From Candidatus Saccharimonadota bacterium (GTDB lineage Bacteria; Patescibacteriota; Saccharimonadia; Saccharimonadales; Saccharimonadaceae), in NCBI GenBank assembly GCA_001029695.1, contig CP011211.1, forward strand, positions 510,001 to 542,000: DNA of 32,000 nt, written 5' to 3'. The notes beneath the pieces were generated by a model. That model was not told where the DNA came from. It did no database searches and saw only the letters and a list, made by a program, of their open reading frames with translations. This document shows, piece after piece, positions 17,205 to 24,904 of the stretch. Position 1 is the first letter of the stretch, and every line of letters begins with the position of its first letter. The position numbers and the translations under genes are program-made.

Positions 17205-17660
17205 ATGAAAAAAGATATTTCTCAGATCACTACCTATCAGTCCGGCGTTATGCAGTCTACTGCACACCGTATTTTAGGTCGCATCAAAACCCAGTACCTC
17301 TCTCAGTATAATCTCACGGCCATGCAGTGGTTCGTCATCGGCTATGTCTATGATGCCGGCGAGCAAGGGGTTCGACTCAATGACCTCATGAAAATACTCG
17401 ACACTACGATGCCTTTTATTACAACAATCGTTACCCTGCTCGAGTCAAAAAACATTCTATTCAAAGTAAGCGATACAAAAGATAGTCGCATAAAAATCGC
17501 TCGACTCAACCCAGATTACATGGCAACCGTTGAAGAAATAGAGGCTGGGCTACGCGAGGAACTCCGCACCCAACTCTACAAAGCTGATCATATTAGTCGT
17601 GAAGAACTCTCCACATATATCGCGGTTCTACAGAAAATAACCCAGTACGGCAAAGAATAA
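17205..17660 (+). CDS. MarR-family transcriptional regulator
   Basis: The winged-HTH pattern reads LTAMQWFVIGYVY...GVRLNDLMKILDTTMPFITTIVTLLESKNILFKVSDTKDSRIKIARL. Confidence 0.8.
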   Translation: MKKDISQITTYQSGVMQSTAHRILGRIKTQYLSQYNLTAMQWFVIGYVYDAGEQGVRLNDLMKILDTTMPFITTIVTLLESKNILFKVSDTKDSRIKIARLNPDYMATVEEIEAGLREELRTQLYKADHISREELSTYIAVLQKITQYGKE

Positions 17661-17663
17661 TAA

Positions 17664-19565
17664 TTAGCTTGCGACGGTCGTTAGTGAACGTACCACTAAA
17701 TAGTCAAACTCGGCGCCAGCGGTCCAAGTACCGATACCAAATGCTTCGCCAGTTTTTCCTGTCGTCCAACTACCGAGTGTCTGCCAGCTATCACATCCCT
17801 CTGGCATCCAATATGCAGTCATCGTCTGACCAACTACTTTCACCGCTAATTTCACCCATTCGTTCGTGAGATTTCGTCCACCACCAATTGTGCGGATAAA
17901 GACTTCGTCAAAATCATCGCGTGCGCGAACGACCCAGTTGTTCTGGCTAAATCGAACAAGCTGAATATGTACCGCAGATCCAAAGTACGGGTCAGGGGAG
18001 TTGCCTTTTACTATAAGTGACGCTTCCTGCCCATCATGAGTTGCATCGGTGATTCTCACACGTGTCTCTAGCCAATAACTCCCAGGGAGGGTCACATTCT
18101 TTCGTGCCGCGCGAGTATCTTGCCCTGCCGATCCCCCGTCAAATGCAAACCGAATCGTTGATCCTGTTGCCTCAGCTTGCGTTCGATCACCTACCTGATT
18201 CCAGTCTGCAGCACTGAGACTGCCCGACGCCCCAGTAAACTGATCGTCAAGTATCGCCGTCGCACCCGTGTCGACAGTTTGAAAATTAATAGCGCCTGGA
18301 GTGTTCGCCCATAGCCCAGCAAACGCAGATAAGCTTACCGTACTTGACGCAAATGCCCCTTGGTTACGCTGTCCAGCATTGACGACAATCTTGATGTGCG
18401 AACTAAAAAATAATGGATCCTCTGTAAAGAATCTATAGTAGGTTGCCGTCAACCCACCATTGATACTATTGCCTGCTCGTCCTGCTGGATAGCCGCCAAT
18501 CGGAACGTTATACCAACCTCCGTTAAATGCATCTTCCGTACCAGATGATTGCCACGAAGGATACAATTCTCCATCAATATAAATCTCTATATTACCCTCG
18601 AGCACCCCTATATCTTCATCAGCTCCAACCACCGAAAGCCAGAGCGATTCCAGCTGCCCGCTTCCCGCCGTGTCGACAACCGTCAGCTGGTCATATGGTG
18701 CTGCAGCTGGCCGCTCGATGCTATGCATCTTATAGCTCAACTGTTGTGATCCAAGAAGTGAGAAGTCGCCAACAACACTGTAATCAGCCGACCCAAATAC
18801 TATCGCGTCATTCGATGAAGTGTTCTCGACTTCCACTCGCAGATACTTTTGAAATGGCATATGGAGATAGCGGTATGCAGATGATTCACCATTGCCACGC
18901 TTTGTCCGACCAATTCTCCTCGTCGAGTACTCGCCAGCTAGAAGTGCATACGCAAAAAAATCATTTATAGATAACTGAACAACCGGCGTAGTCTGGTCAT
19001 CAATGAAAATACGGACTATCCCACCGTTCTCTCCGATACTTTGCGCTCCAGCATCGCCATCTGATGTCGCCATCCATATATGCTTCAAAACACCTGCTTT
19101 TCCCCATAGCTCAGCAAGTACGACTTTCTTTGCACCGCTTGGATTCATTGAGGCAGTGTGCGCCTTGCCAAGTTCGGTTGGATACGAGTATATCCTCTCT
19201 CCTGTAAGACGAAGTGGAAAGCCCGACAAGCTCGTCGCCCCAGCTCCCGCCGGTGGAGCCGACTGCAGGGCAGTGTCAGCCTTATCTAAACTCGCCTGCA
19301 CGCTCGCCGATAAATCCGACTTTGCAATTCCATCTGCTGGCTTTTGATACTTTGCAGCAAGGTCTATCGACAAGTTTTGAATCTTCGCCTGTGGCAGTAT
19401 ATTATCCGCAACATGTATCGCAGTTACTGCATTTGCTGCAATCTGAGACGTCCCGACCACCCCTGGCTTTAGATGCCCCTGCCCGTCATGCTCAACCAAT
19501 AAATACTCATTTAAAATGTCACCCCAGTTACCAGAATCGCCACCAGGTTGCGGTAATCGCGCCAT
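17664..19565 (-). CDS. Chimeric DUF2961/GH172-family glycoside hydrolase with a tail-fibre-like N-terminus and a ConA-like/LamG C-terminal domain
   Basis: The core motifs GVLKHIWMATS, VRIFIDDQTTPVVQLSINDFF and YRYLHMPFQKYLRVEVENTS match the DUF2961 pattern as I recall it. The N-terminus reads MARLPQPGGDSGNWGDILNEYL...IAANAVTAIHVADNIL. The C-terminal 200 aa are beta-rich (WLETRVRI...WVKLAVKV...FDYLVVR). Start chosen at ATG 19565, with 19598 and 19643 also possible. Confidence 0.75.
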   Translation of the reverse strand: MARLPQPGGDSGNWGDILNEYLLVEHDGQGHLKPGVVGTSQIAANAVTAIHVADNILPQAKIQNLSIDLAAKYQKPADGIAKSDLSASVQASLDKADTALQSAPPAGAGATSLSGFPLRLTGERIYSYPTELGKAHTASMNPSGAKKVVLAELWGKAGVLKHIWMATSDGDAGAQSIGENGGIVRIFIDDQTTPVVQLSINDFFAYALLAGEYSTRRIGRTKRGNGESSAYRYLHMPFQKYLRVEVENTSSNDAIVFGSADYSVVGDFSLLGSQQLSYKMHSIERPAAAPYDQLTVVDTAGSGQLESLWLSVVGADEDIGVLEGNIEIYIDGELYPSWQSSGTEDAFNGGWYNVPIGGYPAGRAGNSINGGLTATYYRFFTEDPLFFSSHIKIVVNAGQRNQGAFASSTVSLSAFAGLWANTPGAINFQTVDTGATAILDDQFTGASGSLSAADWNQVGDRTQAEATGSTIRFAFDGGSAGQDTRAARKNVTLPGSYWLETRVRITDATHDGQEASLIVKGNSPDPYFGSAVHIQLVRFSQNNWVVRARDDFDEVFIRTIGGGRNLTNEWVKLAVKVVGQTMTAYWMPEGCDSWQTLGSWTTGKTGEAFGIGTWTAGAEFDYLVVRSLTTVAS

Positions 19566-19683
19566 GTCTTTTTCCCACTTATGTTTATTCTTTACCATTG
19601 TCAGACTTTTACCCACCAGTGTCAAATAAAAATAAAGATACACCTCTTGTATAGCTCCACTTCAACTACTATTATTAAATGAC

Positions 19684-19869
19684 ATGACTAAATCATTCGA
19701 ACCAAAGCCACTCATAAAAACAATCCTTTATCTTCTCGGTGTATCTTTATTTTTTGGCGGCATCGCTTCACTCGTATTTGCAGATCGTTATTTCTCTATT
19801 TCCCTCGCTGCAATCGTACTCGGCATTTGTTTATTTGCCGTCATCCCGCTCACCAAAGCATCAAAATAG
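19684..19869 (+). CDS. Small two-TM membrane protein (61 aa)
   Basis: It has two hydrophobic helices (ILYLLGVSLFFGGIASLVF and ISLAAIVLGICLFAVIPL). No SD is present. No family recognised. Confidence 0.4.
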   Translation: MTKSFEPKPLIKTILYLLGVSLFFGGIASLVFADRYFSISLAAIVLGICLFAVIPLTKASK

Positions 19870-19979
19870 AAATAGGCAGTAGTAGCCTGTCTTTTTTCTT
19901 TACAAATGTAACGTCAGGAGCCAAGAAGGCTGGGATACGCTACCTCGATAGTATATTGCTACATTTAACTAAAAGTGTG

Positions 19980-20029
19980 TTGACATAATATTCCTATAGT
20001 ACTATACTTGAAGAATAGTACTATAGGAA
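19980..20029 (+). promoter_or_regulatory. padR promoter (TTGACA-17-TATACT) with two copies of the palindromic operator ATAGTACTAT
   Basis: The -35 is at 19980-19985 and the -10 at 20003-20008. The 15-bp arms TTCCTATAGTACTAT (19991-20005) and ATAGTACTATAGGAA (20015-20029) are perfect inverted repeats. Each arm contains the self-complementary core ATAGTACTAT. Confidence 0.6.
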
Positions 20030-20037
20030 GGAGTTGC

Positions 20038-20433
20038 ATGAGTAATGGCGCAATTGACGAACTTGTTGCCGATTGGAACGATGTATACAAAAAAGGCCAG
20101 CTAACGCTATGGGTCCTACTTGCGGTGTATGACGGCAAGAAGTATGCTGCTCAAATCAGTAGCTTCATGTCAGAAGCTACAAACGGAGAGTTTGAAGTTA
20201 AAGAACAAAGCCTCTACCGTGCGCTACGTCGCTTTGATGACATGGGATTGGTTCAGATTACACTTGAAGAATCACCCAATAGCGGACCGAAACGAAAATA
20301 CTTTCAGTTAACAGAAGTAGGTGAAACAGTTGTCGGAAAGTTCGTCATGCTAAACATCGCCCCTCTACTCCAACCACATATTATGAAATTATTACAATCA
20401 GCACAATTGAAAGGACAAACCCATGATTCATAA
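20038..20433 (+). CDS. PadR-family transcriptional regulator
   Basis: YAAQISSFMSEATNGEFEVKEQSLYRALRRFDDMGLV...GPKRKYFQLTEVGE is the PadR winged-helix signature. GGAAGGAG lies 4 nt upstream of ATG 20038. The track's TTG start at 20008 was rejected. Confidence 0.85.
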   Translation: MSNGAIDELVADWNDVYKKGQLTLWVLLAVYDGKKYAAQISSFMSEATNGEFEVKEQSLYRALRRFDDMGLVQITLEESPNSGPKRKYFQLTEVGETVVGKFVMLNIAPLLQPHIMKLLQSAQLKGQTHDS

Positions 20434-20995
20434 ACCAAAACACAGCAGCAAAACACGAGTGTACGCGAGCATTATCGGCCTAGTACTCGCAGCAAACATT
20501 TTTCTCAGCGCTCTTGTCGTGTTCGCAAACTACCCGACCGAAGCCCACCGCGCCACGGCTCGTAAACTTGACGTTTTTAGTGCCAGTATGTTTAACGGTG
20601 GCGACTTCACGACAATCATGGACTCGGAAGAATACAAGAAAGCAGCCGAGAGTCCTGAAGCTAGTTATACGAATACCGCAACAATATACACCCTTATATT
20701 TAATATGATTGCTTCTGTTGGACTGGTAGGGGTGGTCTATTATTACCTTCGCAAGCACCGTATAACTCCAAAGCCTGTTGGTATGACGGTTCTATTAGTC
20801 TCGATTGGAGGACTACTCCCACTCATACTTACACAATTTGGTTCAGCACTGTACCTTGGAACACACATGCCTGGCATCGGATCGGTCGCATTTATGCTCT
20901 TTATCGGAATGGTCGTCGCACCGCTCGTGACCTTACTTATCACTCGAATAATTGACTGGTATTATAACCGTAAGTATAGTTTCGTTATAGATTAG
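20423..20995 (+). CDS. PadR-associated integral membrane protein (190 aa, about 4 TM)
   Basis: It overlaps the padR 3' end by 11 nt and has four hydrophobic segments. No family recognised. Confidence 0.6.
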   Translation: MIHKPKHSSKTRVYASIIGLVLAANIFLSALVVFANYPTEAHRATARKLDVFSASMFNGGDFTTIMDSEEYKKAAESPEASYTNTATIYTLIFNMIASVGLVGVVYYYLRKHRITPKPVGMTVLLVSIGGLLPLILTQFGSALYLGTHMPGIGSVAFMLFIGMVVAPLVTLLITRIIDWYYNRKYSFVID

Positions 20996-21021
20996 TAATC
21001 ACCTAACTAAATCCTACCAAG

Positions 21022-21053
21022 AAAAATACTCCACTTTTTGGTGGAGTATTTTT
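21022..21053. terminator. Bidirectional rho-independent terminator
   Basis: AAAAATACTCCAC-tttttg-GTGGAGTATTTTT has a 13-bp stem with A/T tracts on both sides. It lies between the membrane gene (+) and tRNA-Met (-). Confidence 0.7.
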
Positions 21054-21055
21054 CG

Positions 21056-21132
21056 TGGTAGCAGCGACAGGAATTGAACCTGTGACCTCAAGCTTATGAG
21101 TCTTGCGCTCTAACCAACTGAGCTACGCTGCC
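21056..21132 (-). tRNA. tRNA-Met (anticodon CAT), elongator type, CCA encoded
   Basis: The minus-strand sequence is GGCAGCGTAGCTCAGTTGGTTAGAGCGCAAGACTCATAAGCTTGAGGTCACAGGTTCAATTCCTGTCGCTGCTACCA. It folds as a cloverleaf, and its D and T arms closely resemble E. coli elongator tRNA-Met as I recall it. Confidence 0.85.
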
Positions 21133-21189
21133 ATATCTTGATTGATTGTATCAAATTTGGCGCGCGTTTTCCACTGTTTTATGGTGATA

Positions 21190-21342
21190 TTATAACTCAA
21201 TGTCAGTAAGGGCAGTGTGACGACGATCGATAAACGAAGATAGTTCCTCTTGGCTACGTACCCGATTCCAGGTAGAAAGTGTTAGGGCCTTGAGGGCATC
21301 TTCAAATTGAGCGACAGTACTGTCGCCGCTGGGCGTTTCCAT
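21190..21342 (-). CDS. Possible 50-aa hypothetical protein (below the ORF-track cutoff)
   Basis: My translation is METPSGDSTVAQFEDALKALTLSTWNRVRSQEELSSFIDRRHTALTDIEL. An AAGGAAAAA purine tract lies upstream. The evidence is weak. Confidence 0.25.
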   Translation of the reverse strand: METPSGDSTVAQFEDALKALTLSTWNRVRSQEELSSFIDRRHTALTDIEL

Positions 21343-21417
21343 ATTGTTTTTCCTTTTTTGTTTTAGTTGTTTGTACTTATTATATTAGCATAAGTTTGTT
21401 AAAAAAGCAATAGTGTT

Positions 21418-22608
21418 TTATCGAAGTATCTGTACGCCAGCAACAGGAGCGGCGATCGTTGTCTTTAGCTTATAGCAGACCTCACCCGCTGGATGGTTAC
21501 CTACAGATGGATACGAATCGTACTCTTCACCAGAATTATATGAAGAAGCGTATCGATCTGCTGATGCTTTTTTATAGGTCACACACAGCTGATAGCGATA
21601 GTCTGTATCAGAAGCAGTAGCGCGATCTTGCCTAAAGGTGTTTATTGATTTCACCGAACCCTCTGGTTTGTACGTGACAAGGTTGTCCGAGATAAGTGCG
21701 CCGGCATCCGGACTACCCGACACGTCAATTTGTGAAAGATTCGTTGGTAGCGCCTTTTTATCCTGGGTGTATCTCTCGACGGCACTACTAATAACAGATA
21801 GATTCGTCTCGATACGTCGATCGTCCTTCGTTAAGCGCGCCTGCGCAAGTGGCCCAACTACACCCAAAGCGATAAACACCCCGACGACAAGCACCATGAA
21901 AATCGTATACCATCGCCCAATCTTGAAAGAGTGGAACGGGTTAAGCGTACGAAGAAACGTGAGTGCATAAACAACAGCACTCGCTAAGAAGCTATACAGC
22001 CACACAGTGGTCCATGAACCGGTACTACTACTTGTACCGATAAATAATTCAATCGCCAAGAGTATTCCCGAAATCAATGCACCAATACCAAATAGTGCAA
22101 ATATAACTGCATGAATAATCATCACCACCATCGAAGCGCCAGTCTTTTTACGTAGCTCATGTCGACTATAAAACACATCACATACGACCGAGATAGGCAG
22201 CAGTACTAAGCTTGCCGCAATTGCATATGGAACCATGCCACTCGTATCGTTTCCGGTGACGGCATTGCCAAGGACGATAACCATCAGCCAGACCAATCCT
22301 AGGATCGTCCACCCCCAAAATACGTATGTCAGCCACTGCAAAACAATATGCCCCGCAGAGGCTTGCTTGTGTGCCTCGGGTGCTATCACCTTTGGCTCGG
22401 CGATTGTCGCCTCAGGAGACGTGGCAACTGGCTCAGGCGCAGCCTCTCGGACTACCTTGACTGGTGTAACCTCAGTAGCGGTGCGCTTCGGGGCAGCTGC
22501 CGTCTTTGCTCCAGTTCTCTTACTAAATGTCGCAAGCGAATGAATTGCCGCCGCCTCAACTGGGGTACGCACAGGAACACTGTGCTCTGTTTTTACATTT
22601 ACTTTCAT
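21418..22608 (-). CDS. Polytopic membrane protein with a Pro/Ala-rich N-terminus and a pilin-like C-terminal domain
   Basis: About 90 aa of PA-rich cytoplasmic region come first, then about five TM helices. The sequence then reads ARLTKDDRRIETNLSVISSAVERYTQDKKALPTNLSQI...YRYQLCVTYKK...GEVCYKL. This resembles the alpha1-C helix and globular domain of type IV pilins or pseudopilins, including a C-terminal Cys pair. Confidence 0.6.
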   Translation of the reverse strand: MKVNVKTEHSVPVRTPVEAAAIHSLATFSKRTGAKTAAAPKRTATEVTPVKVVREAAPEPVATSPEATIAEPKVIAPEAHKQASAGHIVLQWLTYVFWGWTILGLVWLMVIVLGNAVTGNDTSGMVPYAIAASLVLLPISVVCDVFYSRHELRKKTGASMVVMIIHAVIFALFGIGALISGILLAIELFIGTSSSTGSWTTVWLYSFLASAVVYALTFLRTLNPFHSFKIGRWYTIFMVLVVGVFIALGVVGPLAQARLTKDDRRIETNLSVISSAVERYTQDKKALPTNLSQIDVSGSPDAGALISDNLVTYKPEGSVKSINTFRQDRATASDTDYRYQLCVTYKKASADRYASSYNSGEEYDSYPSVGNHPAGEVCYKLKTTIAAPVAGVQILR

Positions 22609-22732
22609 ACCACTCCTTCTATATGGTATCCATTATACTACGCACCAAAATATACGCCAGAGAACAGTAGTAGCTTTTGACCAATCTATCATGATTGTGC
22701 TATAACTAAACAAAAGGATTATAAACATAAAC

Positions 22733-23455
22733 ATGGAAGTTATCAGCTCATTTGCTATCGTCGTTCTCGCCGCGATTATCCACGCGACGTTTCAACTTAG
22801 TATCAGCGTCCTGACACTGATGAGCGGCCATGCTATCGGTACAAAAACAGCGCACACAAAACTGCTTCGCCTCACCCATGGGTTCCTTCTTGGTGCAACA
22901 GTTATGACTGCACTGCTTATCGCATTTGTCGCCTTTTTTGTCACTGCTTTGTTCGGCACAAAAGCACCACTCCTACTATGGGCAACCTGCTGCGGCATAT
23001 TAGTCGGGCTTGGCTTCTCTGTATGGATGTTCTATTACAGGCAGGGCAAGGGTACGAGCCTGTGGATACCTCGTGGATTTGCAAATTACCTTTCAAACCG
23101 AGCAAAAGCAACCTCTCGAAGTGTTGAGGCATTTTCACTCGGACTGACAAGCGTACTCGCTGAACTACTATTTATCATCGCACCCATCCTCGTCAGCGCA
23201 CTCGTACTGATTCACCTTAGTCCTGAGTTGCAGCTGCTTGGCGTACTGCTCTATACAGCCATCTCGGTACTCCCGCTCGCACTCGTCACCGCTCTTATCG
23301 GCAGTGGTCACAAGCTCAGCCAGATACAAAAATGGCGCGAGTCCAACAAGCGATTTCTTCAATTTGCCGCTGGCAGTGGACTACTCGTCCTTGGCTTCTA
23401 TATCTACGTTGATCAAGTACTTTCCGTTGCCCTCACTTCAGCAGGAGGATACTAG
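22733..23455 (+). CDS. Integral membrane protein (about 6 TM, 240 aa)
   Basis: It has six hydrophobic segments. A TTGACC-18-TGcTATAAC promoter lies upstream. It is the first gene of a three-gene coupled operon. Confidence 0.6.
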   Translation: MEVISSFAIVVLAAIIHATFQLSISVLTLMSGHAIGTKTAHTKLLRLTHGFLLGATVMTALLIAFVAFFVTALFGTKAPLLLWATCCGILVGLGFSVWMFYYRQGKGTSLWIPRGFANYLSNRAKATSRSVEAFSLGLTSVLAELLFIIAPILVSALVLIHLSPELQLLGVLLYTAISVLPLALVTALIGSGHKLSQIQKWRESNKRFLQFAAGSGLLVLGFYIYVDQVLSVALTSAGGY

Positions 23456-23457
23456 TT

Positions 23458-23748
23458 ATGAATGAACCTAAAGCGATTGATATTATCAAACAATCTGGAA
23501 AACGAGCCAGTGAAAACTTCGCTCCAGAGAAGCTACATCATAGCGTTCGTGCTGCGTGCCTCAGTGTTCGTAGCCCTGAAGGCGAAGCAGAAACAATCGC
23601 ACACTCAGTCACAAATGCCGTTGTCATCTGGCTCGATACGAAACCAGAAGTTACAAGCGGCGACGTACGTCGGATTGCCGCACTCCATCTCAAAAAGTTT
23701 CACCCTGAGGCAGCGTATTTCTACGAACATCACGGAGATATTATTTGA
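23458..23748 (+). CDS. Standalone ATP-cone domain protein (96 aa)
   Basis: IIKQSGKRASENFAPEKLHHSVRAAC...AETIAHSVTNAVVIWL...EVTSGDVRRIAALHLKKFHPEAAYFY follows the ATP-cone pattern (vxKrdGrxexFdxeKlxxSi...itsxeiqdxV...L). Its ATG lies 2 nt after the upstream stop. Confidence 0.7.
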   Translation: MNEPKAIDIIKQSGKRASENFAPEKLHHSVRAACLSVRSPEGEAETIAHSVTNAVVIWLDTKPEVTSGDVRRIAALHLKKFHPEAAYFYEHHGDII

Positions 23749-24770
23749 TGAAGCAACACCTTGACCTTACTACTACCGATGATTATATCGCTGCTCACCG
23801 TGAAGAATTTCGCGCAGAAGCAACTGAAGCGCTAAAACGCTTCACTCCAGATGACCGTGAATTAGCAGCTAGCCTCACAACACAATACGCCACAGTCGAT
23901 GACGTTCTAAAAGCTTGGACAGAACAGATTGAGCCGATGTATCGTGATCTTGAAGCAAAACGCTCAGATGTTCGATTCCGAAAAAGCCTGATGACACATG
24001 TTGGATTTCACGAAAATGACGCTACCCGAATGGTAGATCATATTGTTGAAGTACGAAAACAAAGTCTTCTTGACGAAGTCCTCGACAATGTTTATCACAG
24101 CGACATAGAGGAGGCGCCATATCAACGTGAATACGCACTCAATCTCCTTTCTCAACCGATGAACGAGGTTGAAAATTTCAAGCAACGCTATGAACAATTC
24201 TTCGAAGCGCTCGATGGCGCCGAGCAACACAATATCACGCTATGTGACCCGCACGGCTCATGGATTGAACGGCAAAAAACAGCAATGCTCGTCAATAAAG
24301 AACGGCAGCAAACAGCCAAGGAAGAAGATGAGCGCCTCGAGAATATTGATATCAATCTTCAAACACTTACCACTCACGATCCATTACTGCGCGTCATTCT
24401 CGACAAGAAGATCAGCATAGTACACCTTCTTGATCTTGCGTCCAAGTACAACAAACAGCTCGATAGCCTACCAGACGAAAAACAAAAAAGCTCCACGGAT
24501 CGCTTACAGCTTTTTGAGCGCGTCACGGCACCGTTTCGCATGCAAGAAGTAGAGAGAATCGCTTCGTCTCATCATATACACAACTTAAAATCCCTCAGCG
24601 TCGTCCAGTCAGAGATTTCCGACATACTTCTAGAAGTATGTAGCGCTACACCTACTCATCGAAACCGTCTGCTACTCGATGTGCAGCGGCATACGAGACT
24701 TACCCAGGAACGTGACCTCATATTGCTGATCCAACGAAATCGAGAACACTTCTATGAAGGTAATTCATAG
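23748..24770 (+). CDS. Hypothetical helical protein (340 aa)
   Basis: ATG 23748 overlaps the ATP-cone TGA, giving TGATG. The track's TTG at 23745 is less likely. GGAG lies 10 nt upstream. No family recognised. Confidence 0.55.
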   Translation: MKQHLDLTTTDDYIAAHREEFRAEATEALKRFTPDDRELAASLTTQYATVDDVLKAWTEQIEPMYRDLEAKRSDVRFRKSLMTHVGFHENDATRMVDHIVEVRKQSLLDEVLDNVYHSDIEEAPYQREYALNLLSQPMNEVENFKQRYEQFFEALDGAEQHNITLCDPHGSWIERQKTAMLVNKERQQTAKEEDERLENIDINLQTLTTHDPLLRVILDKKISIVHLLDLASKYNKQLDSLPDEKQKSSTDRLQLFERVTAPFRMQEVERIASSHHIHNLKSLSVVQSEISDILLEVCSATPTHRNRLLLDVQRHTRLTQERDLILLIQRNREHFYEGNS

Positions 24771-24904
24771 TGAGCACCTCTACCGCTTTGACCAAACCAC
24801 CCCGCTTATGCTATAAATAGAAGAGAAATCGACCAAACACAAACACACCTTTCATCTTTACTCGAATACATCATTTACAAAAAACTCTCGAGGAGCAAAA
24901 AAAT

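Noticed and set aside
17163-20029. Shared CTATAGTA-type core between the marR-region palindrome (TTACTATAGTAA) and the padR operator (ATAGTACTAT).
   Set aside because: The cores are short and AT-rich, and the half-sites and symmetry centres differ. The likeness is probably coincidental rather than a common regulon.
23462-23764. 100-aa ORF in an alternate frame of the ATP-cone gene.
   Set aside because: The 23458-23748 frame carries the ATP-cone pattern and the coupled start and stop junctions. The alternate frame has no motif or start signal.
13956-24871. The 10-mer ACTCGAATAC occurring at both 13956-13965 and 24862-24871.
   Set aside because: By rough estimate, many chance 10-mer repeats are expected in 32 kb read on both strands. 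There is no extended similarity around either copy.
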